NCBI GenBank assembly: GCA_020853095.1
Contig: JADYZN010000043.1
Span: 34,662-98,661 of the forward strand
Reading direction: 5' to 3'
DNA: 64,000 bases
Source: Phycisphaerales bacterium
GTDB taxonomy: Bacteria > Planctomycetota > Phycisphaerae > Tepidisphaerales > Tepidisphaeraceae
Part shown: piece after piece, positions 36,727-45,539 of the stretch
Layout: each line of letters opens with the position of its first letter
How positions within the stretch are numbered: the stretch's first letter is position 1
Notes under the pieces: generated by a model
Databases searched by the model: none
Told to the model about the DNA's origin: nothing
What the model saw: the letters and a program-made list of their open reading frames with translations, nothing else
Translations under genes and position numbers: made by a program

Positions 36727-37719
36727 ATGAACGTATTGGTCGCCGGCGGGGCCGGTTATATCGGGTCGCACACGGTCAAACGATTGAAAGAGGCGGGGCA
36801 TCAGCCGGTGATTTACGACAATCTGTCGCGCGGCCACCGGGCCGTCGTGGATATTTTGAAAGTCCCGTCCGTCCAGGCGGATTTGAACGACCGCGCAACA
36901 CTGACCAAAGCCCTGCGCGACCACCGGATCGACACGGTGATGCACTTCGCGGCCTACGCCTACGTGGGCGAAAGCGTCGAAAAGCCGTTGCTTTATTATC
37001 AAAACAACGTGGCGACGACGATCAACGTCCTGCAGGCGATGGCCGAGTCGAACGTGGGGCGGTTCGTCTTCAGCAGCACCTGCGCCACCTACGGCGATCC
37101 GGACGTGATCCCGATCACCGAGGAGGAGAAAAAATCGCCGGTCTCACCCTATGGACGCAGCAAGTGGATGGTCGAGCAGATTTTGCAGGACCAGGCCGTC
37201 GCCGACAAAAATTTTCGTTTCGCGGCCCTGCGATATTTCAACGCCAGCGGGTGCGCGATGGATGGAACCCTTGGCGAGGACCACGATCCCGAAACGCACC
37301 TGATCCCCGTGGTGTTGCAGGCGATCCTGGGCGTGCGGCCCAAAATCACGGTATTTGGCACCGATTATCCCACCAAGGATGGAACCAACGTCCGCGACTA
37401 CATCCACGTGGACGACCTGGCCGATGCCCACATCGCCGCGATGGAACGACTGGAGGCGGGCAGGCCGATCGTCTGCAACCTGGGAACCGGCCGCGGGTTT
37501 TCGGTCAAGGAAATCATCCAGACCTGCGAACAAGTCTCCGGCAAAAAAGTGCCGGTGGAATATGGCGCCCGCCGGGCGGGCGATGCGATCGCACTCTACG
37601 CCGATCCGAGCCGTGCGAAACAGTTGCTGGGCTGGGAGGCCAAATACAAAGACCCTCAACAGATCATCCAGTCGGCCTGGAACTGGTTCTCAAAACATCC
37701 AAAGGGATACGCCCGTTGA
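36727..37719 (+). CDS. galE: UDP-glucose 4-epimerase
   Basis: MNVLVAGGAGYIGSH, FSSTCATYG, YGRSKWMVE (YxxxK), LRYFNASG, FGTDYPTKDGTNVRDYIHVDDLA. Confidence 0.93.
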   Translation: MNVLVAGGAGYIGSHTVKRLKEAGHQPVIYDNLSRGHRAVVDILKVPSVQADLNDRATLTKALRDHRIDTVMHFAAYAYVGESVEKPLLYYQNNVATTINVLQAMAESNVGRFVFSSTCATYGDPDVIPITEEEKKSPVSPYGRSKWMVEQILQDQAVADKNFRFAALRYFNASGCAMDGTLGEDHDPETHLIPVVLQAILGVRPKITVFGTDYPTKDGTNVRDYIHVDDLADAHIAAMERLEAGRPIVCNLGTGRGFSVKEIIQTCEQVSGKKVPVEYGARRAGDAIALYADPSRAKQLLGWEAKYKDPQQIIQSAWNWFSKHPKGYAR

Positions 37720-37726
37720 TCGGACG

Positions 37727-38476
37727 TTATTTCGCCGCCGTCAACCCCGCGGCTTTGCGAGCCTTGGCGAACCGGCCGAAATGACGGATGGTCGCCCCAT
37801 AGAGGGCGGGATGTTTGCGGCGGATGGTGGTGCTGGAGAGAAATTTCCCGCCGCGGCTGAGTGATTTCAGGGCGGATTTGATCCGCGCGGGCGTCCACGT
37901 CTGCCGCCGACGCACCGAATCGGGGTTGATCCGCGCCGCTCTCAACGCGGCAGGGTACGACCCGAAATACCTCACCGCCGCCGCGTGCAGGCCGGGATAT
38001 TCCTTCTGGATCGCGCCGCTGTTGAGCGGTTCCTTGTCCTGATGAAGCTCGCGCAGCTCGAACAGGATGTCGTTGCGGCTCCAGGTGCGATAACAACTGA
38101 TCTCATCGGCATCCAATCCGGCCGCGTGCAGCGCCCGGTCCCACGTGCCGAACAGGCGCGGCTGCAATGCGGCGAACGCCCCTTTGCCCAGTTCATCCCG
38201 CCGGCGGGTGACGGCCGACCAGTTCAGGTCCTCCCCCTGTCGGCGGGCGGATTTGATCAGCCGGATGATCGCCTGCCTCGTCCATCGCGGCCGGCGCGTG
38301 ACCTGCGCATAATCAATGCCGGCCGACTCGACAGCCTTTCGCCACGAGCCAAAATGATAGGCCGCGGCCGACAACAACGGCTGATTCGACCGCGACATCG
38401 CGTTGTAGGAAAGTGGTTTTCCCGCGCGGTGCAGTTGCTTGAGCGTGCGAACGATGCGCGGCTTGTCCCAGTTCAT
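37727..38476 (-). CDS. Protein composed of four tandem homing-endonuclease-associated (HNH-associated) repeats, no nuclease domain
   Basis: Four ~60-aa repeats, each W-x3-I-x3-L-x2-L...G-x2-L...FG-[STR]-[WYF]-x2-A-x3-AG: WDKPRIVRTLKQL..YHFGSWRKAVESAGI; WTRQAIIRLIKSA..RLFGTWDRALHAAGL; WSRNDILFELREL..RYFGSYPAALRAARI; WTPARIKSALKSL..RHFGRFAKARKAAGL. ATG 38476 sits just before repeat 1; the ORF track starts at TTG 38506. Confidence 0.75.
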   Translation of the reverse strand: MNWDKPRIVRTLKQLHRAGKPLSYNAMSRSNQPLLSAAAYHFGSWRKAVESAGIDYAQVTRRPRWTRQAIIRLIKSARRQGEDLNWSAVTRRRDELGKGAFAALQPRLFGTWDRALHAAGLDADEISCYRTWSRNDILFELRELHQDKEPLNSGAIQKEYPGLHAAAVRYFGSYPAALRAARINPDSVRRRQTWTPARIKSALKSLSRGGKFLSSTTIRRKHPALYGATIRHFGRFAKARKAAGLTAAK

Positions 38477-38528
38477 ACCCGCATCAAGGTAACATTTGAC
38501 CGTCAATGCAACAAATGGATAAATGACC

Positions 38529-38597
38529 TGGAGAGCGGCGTTCCACCGCCGCCTGTTTTATTTCTCAATCGCGGCGTCGCGGGAGCGACGCCCTCCA
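38529..38597 (+). repeat. 69-nt palindromic element, copy A (9-bp terminal inverted repeats, two GC hairpins)
   Basis: TGGAGAGCG...CGCCCTCCA termini. Hairpin 1 GCGGCG-ttccac-CGCCGC (38535-38552). Hairpin 2 GGCGTCGC-ggga-GCGACGCC (38573-38592). Homologous to the reverse complement of 56114-56182. Confidence 0.8.
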
Positions 38598-38638
38598 AAT
38601 GGTCAGGTAATCGGATCAAAAGTTACGGGAGATGTGCG

Positions 38639-39331
38639 GTGGAACCGATCAGTGGCATCCTGAACGTCAACAAACCGGCCGGCCTCAGTTCGGCGCGGGT
38701 TGTGGGGCAAATCAAACGCCTGCTGCCGCCACGCACAAAAGTAGGCCACGCCGGCACGCTCGACCCCTTTGCCACGGGCGTGCTGCTGGTGTTGGTGGGC
38801 AAGGCAACCCGATGGTGCGAACAGTTGATGGGCCAGCCCAAGCAATACATCGCCACGGTCAAGCTCGGGGCCACCACCGCGACGCTCGACCCCGAATCGC
38901 CCGAACAACCGGCCGATCCTCCGGTGGATCGGCCCGAAGAATCTCAGGTTCTGGAGGTGTTGCAACGTTTTGTCGGCGAGATTCAGCAGGTTCCGCCCCA
39001 GTTCAGCGCCTTGAAAATCGCCGGCCGACCGGCGTATCAGTTGGCCCGACGCGGAGAATCATTGAATCTGCCGCCGCGCACGGTGCGGATCGACCGCATG
39101 GAACTGCTCGGCTACCAGTGGCCGACGTTGAACCTTCGCGTGGATTGCGGCCGGGGAACCTACATCCGCTCGATTGCCCGCGATGTGGGACAAATCCTGG
39201 CCGGCGGGGGATATTTAACCACGCTCTGCCGCACGCGCATCGGCCGATTCGACCTCCAGCAGGCGGTTTCGTTGCAACAACTTGCTGAATCCGGTGTCGT
39301 GTCGTTTTTGCATTCCGCCATCGAACCGTAG
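38639..39331 (+). CDS. truB: tRNA pseudouridine(55) synthase
   Basis: ILNVNKPAGLSSARVVGQIKRLL...KVGHAGTLDPFATGVLLVLVGKATR (catalytic Asp motif). The ORF track fuses it to a 218-aa upstream extension that is antisense to the neighbouring gene. GTG 38639 with GGGAG 7 nt upstream gives a normal 230-aa TruB. Confidence 0.9.
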   Translation: MEPISGILNVNKPAGLSSARVVGQIKRLLPPRTKVGHAGTLDPFATGVLLVLVGKATRWCEQLMGQPKQYIATVKLGATTATLDPESPEQPADPPVDRPEESQVLEVLQRFVGEIQQVPPQFSALKIAGRPAYQLARRGESLNLPPRTVRIDRMELLGYQWPTLNLRVDCGRGTYIRSIARDVGQILAGGGYLTTLCRTRIGRFDLQQAVSLQQLAESGVVSFLHSAIEP

Positions 39332-39348
39332 GAACCTGGCCGACGAGT

Positions 39349-39377
39349 TTGGCATCGACCGCCCGACTTCCTATAAT
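39349..39377 (+). promoter_or_regulatory. Near-consensus sigma-70 promoter of sdhC
   Basis: TTGGCA (39349-39354), 17 nt, TATAAT (39372-39377), 32 nt upstream of GTG 39410. Confidence 0.55.
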
Positions 39378-39409
39378 GCCTTGTCCTGTATGAAGAAAGG
39401 AACCGCATC

Positions 39410-40114
39410 GTGAGTTCGGTCACCGCGTCGGACGTTACCGTGCCGCTCTTGGGCGGAAGGCATCATTTCCTGCTTCGCCGGCTGCATTCGCTGACCGGCC
39501 TGGTCTTCGGTGGTTATCTGGTCGTCCACCTGATCGTCAATGCCACGCTCGCCCAACTGGGCGCGCACGACATCTACCAGATTCAGGTGGATAAGATTCA
39601 CCAACTCCCCTTTTTGTGGGCGTTTGAATGGGGATTGATCTACCTGCCGATCCTTTATCACACCGTCTACGGCATCTACATCGCCCTGGCCGGCCAGCCC
39701 AACGTGGATCGCTACAAATACGTCAAAAACTGGTTCTACGTCCTCCAGCGCATCAGCGCCATCATCATTTTGCTGTTCATGATCTTCCACGTTTTCGCAT
39801 TGAAAGCCGGCTGGTTCGGCGTGACCCTGAGCTTTGACCCGCAGCGTGCCACCGGAACCGTCGGCCGGCACATGCAGGCCTACTGGTTTATTCCCTGGAT
39901 CATCTATCCGCTGGGGATTCTGGCCTCCTGTTTCCACCTGGCCAACGGATTCTGGACCGCCGCCGTCACCTGGGGCCTGACCGTCAGCGCCGGGGCGCAA
40001 CGCCGCTGGGGCTACGTCTGCGCGGGCCTGTTCGTCGTGACGCTGGTCTGCGGGTTTGTGGCACTGTTCACGGCCGCCAGCCTGGACTGGCGAGCGGCGA
40101 TGATCCGGCATTGA
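39410..40114 (+). CDS. sdhC: Succinate dehydrogenase / fumarate reductase cytochrome b subunit (b558 family)
   Basis: 234 aa, five predicted TM helices, RHHFLLRRLHSLTGLVFGGYLVVHL and further conserved His residues. GTG start behind AAAGGA. Confidence 0.85.
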   Translation: MSSVTASDVTVPLLGGRHHFLLRRLHSLTGLVFGGYLVVHLIVNATLAQLGAHDIYQIQVDKIHQLPFLWAFEWGLIYLPILYHTVYGIYIALAGQPNVDRYKYVKNWFYVLQRISAIIILLFMIFHVFALKAGWFGVTLSFDPQRATGTVGRHMQAYWFIPWIIYPLGILASCFHLANGFWTAAVTWGLTVSAGAQRRWGYVCAGLFVVTLVCGFVALFTAASLDWRAAMIRH

Positions 40115-40154
40115 GCCGATGTTTTAAGCCTTCGCCGGTTCCGGAGAAATCATC

Positions 40155-40640
40155 ATGGAAGAATCAATCCTGCAAGCCTACGAGTCGTCCGCTGCCAAAC
40201 TCCGCCAGGCCGTCTCCAACCTGACCGAGGCCGACCTGCACCTCCAGCCTCAACCCGCATGGAACAGCGGCTCGTGGACCATCCAGCAGGTGGTTCTCCA
40301 CATCGTCGATACCGATCTGGTGCTTGCCGACCGCATGAAACGGGTCATCGCCGAGGAAAACCCCACGTTGCTGGCCTTCGACGAACAAAAATGGACGGCC
40401 GCCCTGCATTACGAACAACAATCTGCCGCCGATGCGATCGCGATGCTCGAGCTGAATCACCGTCAGATGTCTGCCATTTTCCAGCAACTTCCCTCCTCCG
40501 CCTTCGCTCGTTTCGGCACCCACAACACCGCCGGCAAAAAAACCCTTGCCGATCTGATCTCCTTTGCCTCAACCCACCTGGACCACCACGTCCAATTCAT
40601 CCACGCCAAGCGAACCAAAATGGGCAAGGAAATGTGGTAG
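40155..40640 (+). CDS. DinB-family (DinB_2-like) four-helix-bundle metal-binding protein
   Basis: 161 aa. WTIQQVVLHIVDTDLV ... STHLDHHVQFI give the His triad pattern of the DinB superfamily. GGAG lies 8 nt upstream of ATG. Confidence 0.8.
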   Translation: MEESILQAYESSAAKLRQAVSNLTEADLHLQPQPAWNSGSWTIQQVVLHIVDTDLVLADRMKRVIAEENPTLLAFDEQKWTAALHYEQQSAADAIAMLELNHRQMSAIFQQLPSSAFARFGTHNTAGKKTLADLISFASTHLDHHVQFIHAKRTKMGKEMW

Positions 40641-40720
40641 CCCGCATTCGCCGAAGCGAGGTCATTGTTCACTTTGCGCACTGTCCATCCCCGCGCCGAT
40701 GCGTATAATCATCCCTCGAC

Positions 40721-42616
40721 ATGGCAACCAATAAAAAGCGCGTGATCGTCGTCGGCGGGGGATTGGCCGGATTGGCCTGCACCATCAAACTGGCGGAAGA
40801 AGGCATTCCCGTGGACCTGTTCTCGATGGTCCCGGTGAAGCGCAGCCACAGCGTCTGCGCCCAGGGCGGCATCAACGCCTGCAACGAGATCGCCCGCCAG
40901 CAGGGGTACAGCGAATGGATGCACTTTGATGAGACCGTTCTGGGCGGCGATTTTCTGGCCGACCAGCCCCCCGTGCTGGAGATGGCCAACTGGGCGCCCC
41001 GGATCATCGACCTGCTGGACCGCATGGGCGTGCCTTTCAACCGCACCCCCGAAGGTCAGCGCGCGCTGCGGCTTTTCGGCGGCAGCCTGTTCAAACGAAC
41101 GTTCTTCGCCGGCGCCACCACCGGCCAGCAGTTGCTCTACGCCCTCGATGAGCAGACCCGCCGCTGGGAGACCGAGGGACAGGTCAAAAAATACGAGTTC
41201 TGGGAATTCCTCTGGCCGGTCATTCACGATGGCCAGTGCGTGGGGATCGTGGCCCAGGACATGCGGACGATGCAGATCCGCGCGTTTCGCGGCGATGCGG
41301 TGGTGATGGCCACCGGCGGCAACGGGCTGATCTTCGGCAAGAGCACGATGAGCGTCATCTGCACCGGCGGGGCGGCTTCACGCTGCTATCAGGCCGGCGC
41401 CAAATATGGCAACCCGGAATTCATGCAGGTCCATCCCACCGCCATTCCCGGCGAGGACAAGTGCCGGCTGATCAGCGAATCGGCCCGCGGCGAAGGGGGC
41501 CGCGTCTGGGTTCCACGAAAGGCCGGCGACACCCGCCACCCCAATTCCATCCCCGAATCCGAGCGGTTTTACATCCTCGAGGAACGCTATCCCAAATATG
41601 GCAACCTCGTCACCCGCGACATCGCCACCCGCGAGATTTTCCAGGTCTGTTCTGAACTGAAAATGGGCGTCGGCGGCAGCAACATGGTCTATCTGGACCT
41701 GGCCGACACCGTCAAAAAGATCGGCCGGCAGGCGGTGTTGAACAAGCTCGAAGGCATCCTCGAAATCTACGAAAAATTCGTCGGCACCGACCCGCTGGAC
41801 GAACCGATGAAAATCTTCCCGGCCGTCCACTATTCCATGGGCGGCCTGTGGGCCGGGTTTGTCAAAGATGAAAAAACCGGCGGCCTGAAATTCGGCGATC
41901 CGGGCAACATGTCCACCAACATCCCCGGCCTGTACGCCATGGGCGAAGCATCCTTCGCCTATCACGGCGCCAACCGGCTGGGGGCCAATTCCCTGTTAAG
42001 CTGCATCTTCGACGGCCTGTTCGGCGGAACCTGCGTGAAAAATTTCGCCACCGACGCGGCCGCGGTCGCCTCGGCCGACGTGCCCCAGGAAACCTACGAT
42101 GCGATCGTCAAACAGGAAACCGACAAACAAAATGCCCTGCTGCACAACAACAGCGGCAACGAAAATCCCTACCTGCTCTGGCAGGAAATGGGCAAATGGA
42201 TGACCGAAAACTGCACCGTCGTCCGCTCCAACGACAAGCTCGCCGAGACCCTCAACCGCTGCCAGGATTGGAAATCCCGCTACCGCAACGTTCGCCTCAG
42301 CGACACCGGCATGTGGACCAACCAGAACCTCTCATTCACCCGCGCCCTGCACGACATGATCGCGCTGGCTGAGGCGATCCTCAAAGGCGCGCTCGGACGC
42401 GATGAATCCCGCGGCGCCCATTTCAAGCCCGCCTTCCCCGACCGCGATGACGCCAATTTCCTCAAAACCACCATCGCCACCTACGACAAGGCCACCGATT
42501 CGGCCGTGATCTCGTACCAGCCGGTGAACATCAGCCTCGTCCCGCCCCGCGCCCGCACCTACGGCAAAAAAGACGTCAAACCCACCGCCACCCCCCCCCC
42601 GGCCGCCGCGCCCTGA
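40721..42616 (+). CDS. sdhA: Succinate dehydrogenase / fumarate reductase flavoprotein subunit
   Basis: 631 aa. VIVVGGGLAGLACTIKLAE (FAD fold), RSHSVCAQGGINA (covalent-FAD His), HPTAIPG, ESRGAHF. Confidence 0.95.
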   Translation: MATNKKRVIVVGGGLAGLACTIKLAEEGIPVDLFSMVPVKRSHSVCAQGGINACNEIARQQGYSEWMHFDETVLGGDFLADQPPVLEMANWAPRIIDLLDRMGVPFNRTPEGQRALRLFGGSLFKRTFFAGATTGQQLLYALDEQTRRWETEGQVKKYEFWEFLWPVIHDGQCVGIVAQDMRTMQIRAFRGDAVVMATGGNGLIFGKSTMSVICTGGAASRCYQAGAKYGNPEFMQVHPTAIPGEDKCRLISESARGEGGRVWVPRKAGDTRHPNSIPESERFYILEERYPKYGNLVTRDIATREIFQVCSELKMGVGGSNMVYLDLADTVKKIGRQAVLNKLEGILEIYEKFVGTDPLDEPMKIFPAVHYSMGGLWAGFVKDEKTGGLKFGDPGNMSTNIPGLYAMGEASFAYHGANRLGANSLLSCIFDGLFGGTCVKNFATDAAAVASADVPQETYDAIVKQETDKQNALLHNNSGNENPYLLWQEMGKWMTENCTVVRSNDKLAETLNRCQDWKSRYRNVRLSDTGMWTNQNLSFTRALHDMIALAEAILKGALGRDESRGAHFKPAFPDRDDANFLKTTIATYDKATDSAVISYQPVNISLVPPRARTYGKKDVKPTATPPPAAAP

Positions 42617-42631
42617 TCGGTCCCGCCGATC

Positions 42632-42657
42632 CCCTCTCCCGACACCACGGGAGAGGG
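42632..42657. terminator. Terminator-like hairpin after sdhA
   Basis: Perfect 10-bp stem CCCTCTCCCG (42632-42641) / CGGGAGAGGG (42648-42657) with a 6-nt loop, between convergent genes. No U-tract. Confidence 0.45.
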
Positions 42658-42679
42658 AACGCCCCAAGTGGCATGGGCT

Positions 42680-43348
42680 TCAATTCCACCGCGTCTTGCG
42701 CCCCGATACCACAATCACCACCATGAACACCCCATACAACAACCCCACCAGCAAAACCGGCCCTCCCGCAATCAGCAGTGCGATTTTGGCCGCGGCAAGC
42801 GAATGATTGTATAGCACCAGTCCCGCACTCCCCCCGATCATCAACAACAACACCCCCATCACCGGCCCCAATGAGCCAAGCAGCCGGTTGTGTTTGCCAC
42901 TGGTTGCGACCACCCCCAACAGATAGCACAACGCCGCCCCATCAATGATCCACGACAACGTCAACAGCACCATCACCGCCGTGCCGCGACCTTGTGGCTC
43001 GGTTCCCGACCCCGCGGCAAACGTGGTTGCGTGAACCCGCGTGGCCAATACCGCCGCCGTGCCCACCAGCATCCAGATGATCCAGGAGATCGTCGCGATC
43101 TTCGACAGTTTTCCCTTGCCGATGCGATACCCCCATTGCAGGACATACCCCATCAGGTAGTTCAAAACCGTGATCTTCCCCGCCGACTGCCGTGAGATCG
43201 CCAACGCGATCCCCGCGCACAACACCCCCATCACCGCCGCCCAGATCGCCATCGCCTTCCAAGGCCCCAGCCGGCCCGCCATCAGCGCACACCCCCATGC
43301 GGCGGCCAGGACAACGACAACTTTCAACAGCATCGAAACCAACCTCAT
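42680..43348 (-). CDS. Hypothetical integral membrane protein (about 6 TM helices)
   Basis: 222 aa, hydrophobic throughout. AGGA lies upstream of ATG 43348 and overlaps the stop of the preceding gene (9-nt gap). Confidence 0.7.
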   Translation of the reverse strand: MRLVSMLLKVVVVLAAAWGCALMAGRLGPWKAMAIWAAVMGVLCAGIALAISRQSAGKITVLNYLMGYVLQWGYRIGKGKLSKIATISWIIWMLVGTAAVLATRVHATTFAAGSGTEPQGRGTAVMVLLTLSWIIDGAALCYLLGVVATSGKHNRLLGSLGPVMGVLLLMIGGSAGLVLYNHSLAAAKIALLIAGGPVLLVGLLYGVFMVVIVVSGRKTRWN

Positions 43349-43357
43349 GAATCATCC

Positions 43358-43999
43358 TTAAGAATGAATGTATTTCGCCGGATCCACTCCCACCTTTTCG
43401 CACAATTCCCGAAACGCAATCTCCCGTTCCCGCCGGTCCGGTGTGTTGAATCGCAGAAAAAACGGACGCTGCGACCAGTCAAACGGCTCATCCGCCTTGC
43501 CGTGCAGATACATCAACAACGCCGCGAAATGCACGCCGGCTTCCGGCCGGTTCAATGCCCCGCGAAACAAGGCGTCAATCACCCCCGGCGGATGAAAAGT
43601 TTCGGCCTCATCAATCGATGTCCCCAGGTTGTCCAATAACAGCTCATCGTTCTCCAAAGCCGAAATCAGCAATCGTTCCCGCTCGGCCGGATCGATCTTC
43701 TCCGGAACGTGTTTTCGCGCCTCGCGCCGGACGTTCGCATCCGAACTATTCAACGATGATTCGATCGCCTTGCGCGCCTCGGGTGAATCAATTTGCGCCA
43801 ACGCCTCGATGTCCCGCCAGTCCCATGGCTTGTGATTGAGCAAAACCGCCTCGATCCGTTTCAATTCCTCCCCTTTCACCTGCGCCAGCGCCTCCAGGTC
43901 AAACCCCTCCCCATCATGCCATTTCTCATAGGTGATTTTCATGCTCTCCATGAACCGCCGGGCCGCATCGCTGAACGGAATTTGTGGAACATTGGCCAT
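43358..43999 (-). CDS. Hypothetical protein, helical (HEAT-like) repeats
   Basis: ORF track 225 aa, trimmed to ATG 43999 (MANVPQIPF...). Contains DWRDIEALAQIDSPEARKAIESSLNSSDANVRREARKHV, which looks like a HEAT/PBS-lyase repeat. No function recognised. Confidence 0.65.
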   Translation of the reverse strand: MANVPQIPFSDAARRFMESMKITYEKWHDGEGFDLEALAQVKGEELKRIEAVLLNHKPWDWRDIEALAQIDSPEARKAIESSLNSSDANVRREARKHVPEKIDPAERERLLISALENDELLLDNLGTSIDEAETFHPPGVIDALFRGALNRPEAGVHFAALLMYLHGKADEPFDWSQRPFFLRFNTPDRREREIAFRELCEKVGVDPAKYIHS

Positions 44000-44138
44000 C
44001 GCAAAAAATATAATATCCCGTCGTGCCCGCCACAAAAATTTGTAAATTTCATCATTGAACTTCCCAAGGCAGAGGCATTATCCAGACGTGATTTTCAATC
44101 GAATCGGAATCGGTCATAACATCCAATGGTAGCATGAC

Positions 44139-45434
44139 TTACATCATGACAATCAACCACGCCGCCCCGATCGCGCAGGTCAGAATGGTCAGCGGAATGC
44201 CGACCTTGCAATAAGTTTTCAAATCCAACTTCACCCCAAATCCCGCCGCCGACTGGGCCACGATCAAATTGGCGATCGACCCCACCAGCGTCAGATTCCC
44301 CGCCCAGGTGCTGATCAACGCCAGCAGGTACCACAACTGATTGGAATGCGCCTGTTGTGCCGCGATGTTGACCGAGGGTTGCAGCAACAGCACCGCCGGC
44401 ACGTTGGAAACCAGATTGCTGAGCACCAGCGTCACCGCCGTCAGCGGCCCGGGTTGTTCCAGCTTCACCCCCGTGCGCTGCACCGCATGAAACAACTGGT
44501 CCGTCAACTGCTGTTGCCGCATGGCGCCGTTGACCACAAAAAGACCCAGGAACAGCAGGATCAACCCCCAATCCACCCGCTGATACAACCCCGCCGCCAT
44601 GGCCTTGCGCGAACAGAGCAATATTCCCGCCCCCGCCAACGCGGCGATGGCCCGATGTTGTGCGGCAGACGGCCCGCGGGCAAACAGAAAATAACCCACC
44701 AGGAGAGCCAACAACGCCAGTGTCTTTCCGATCACGTATCCATTGAACCGCGGCACGGCCTCCGGCGACGATGGATCCATCTCCCGCGGCGTGGATGCGG
44801 TTCCAAAGTGTGTCTCGCGCAGCATTTGTCCGCAAATCAAAACAATCATTCCATGGCACAACATCAGCGCCACGATCGTCACCGGCAGCATCAACAACGT
44901 ATAGTGACCAAAAGGCAGGCCCGCGACCGTCCCGATGTACATGTTCTGCGGGTTGCCGATGATCGTGGCCGCCGAACCAACGTTGGAGGCCATGGCCAGA
45001 GCCAATAAATAGGGGATTGGGTTTCGCCGGGCCTTGATCGTGGCCTCGCACAGCAGCGGCGTGAACGCCAGGCATACAATGTCATTGGCCAGCAGCGCCG
45101 ACAACACCGCCGACATGGTGATCACCGCCCCCAGCAGCACCTTTGGCCGGCTGGTCAGCCGGATCAACAGCCCGCCCATTCGCGAATAAAACCCCGCGAC
45201 CCGCAATTGGGCCGAGAAAATCATTAATCCGAATAAAAGAAGCAACGTTTCATAATCGACGTACCCCGCCGCCTGCTCGATCGACAATCCGCCCGCCAGC
45301 AGCATCGCGATCGCCCCCACCAGCGCGATGCCCGTGCGATCCAGCACCAGGCGTGGCAACCGGCCCAGCGCGATCCCGAGATACGTGATCGCGAAGATCA
45401 ACCAAAACAACAGATGATGCGCTGAGCCGGACAT
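44139..45434 (-). CDS. YbiR-like anion permease (ArsB/NhaD superfamily)
   Basis: LANDIVCLAFTPLL and SAATIIGNPQNMYIG resemble E. coli YbiR (TNDVALFIVVPLT, IGNPQNILIW). More than 10 TM helices. First ATG is 45434; the ORF track starts at TTG 45470. Confidence 0.8.
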   Translation of the reverse strand: MSGSAHHLLFWLIFAITYLGIALGRLPRLVLDRTGIALVGAIAMLLAGGLSIEQAAGYVDYETLLLLFGLMIFSAQLRVAGFYSRMGGLLIRLTSRPKVLLGAVITMSAVLSALLANDIVCLAFTPLLCEATIKARRNPIPYLLALAMASNVGSAATIIGNPQNMYIGTVAGLPFGHYTLLMLPVTIVALMLCHGMIVLICGQMLRETHFGTASTPREMDPSSPEAVPRFNGYVIGKTLALLALLVGYFLFARGPSAAQHRAIAALAGAGILLCSRKAMAAGLYQRVDWGLILLFLGLFVVNGAMRQQQLTDQLFHAVQRTGVKLEQPGPLTAVTLVLSNLVSNVPAVLLLQPSVNIAAQQAHSNQLWYLLALISTWAGNLTLVGSIANLIVAQSAAGFGVKLDLKTYCKVGIPLTILTCAIGAAWLIVMM

Positions 45435-45539
45435 TTGCGGCAAAAATCCCTTTCCATCAAACCCGGACAATCGGCCATCCCTCGTCAGATGGGCGGCCTG
45501 TCGCTAAAATCATCGGCGTTTTCCGTGCGAAAACATCCC

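Noticed and set aside
37985-38638. Upstream 218-codon extension of the truB ORF
   Set aside because: The extension is antisense to the HNH-repeat gene and has a shadow-ORF composition. The TruB homology begins only at about 38639, where a GTG with a GGGAG box is available.
42591-42600. C10 homopolymer near the 3' end of sdhA as a slippage or phase-variation site
   Set aside because: It encodes the Pro-Pro-Pro of a short C-terminal tail 5 codons before the stop. A frameshift would change only the last few residues, so functional switching is unlikely. The G8 run at 56296-56303 is likewise noted but is not compelling in GC-rich DNA.
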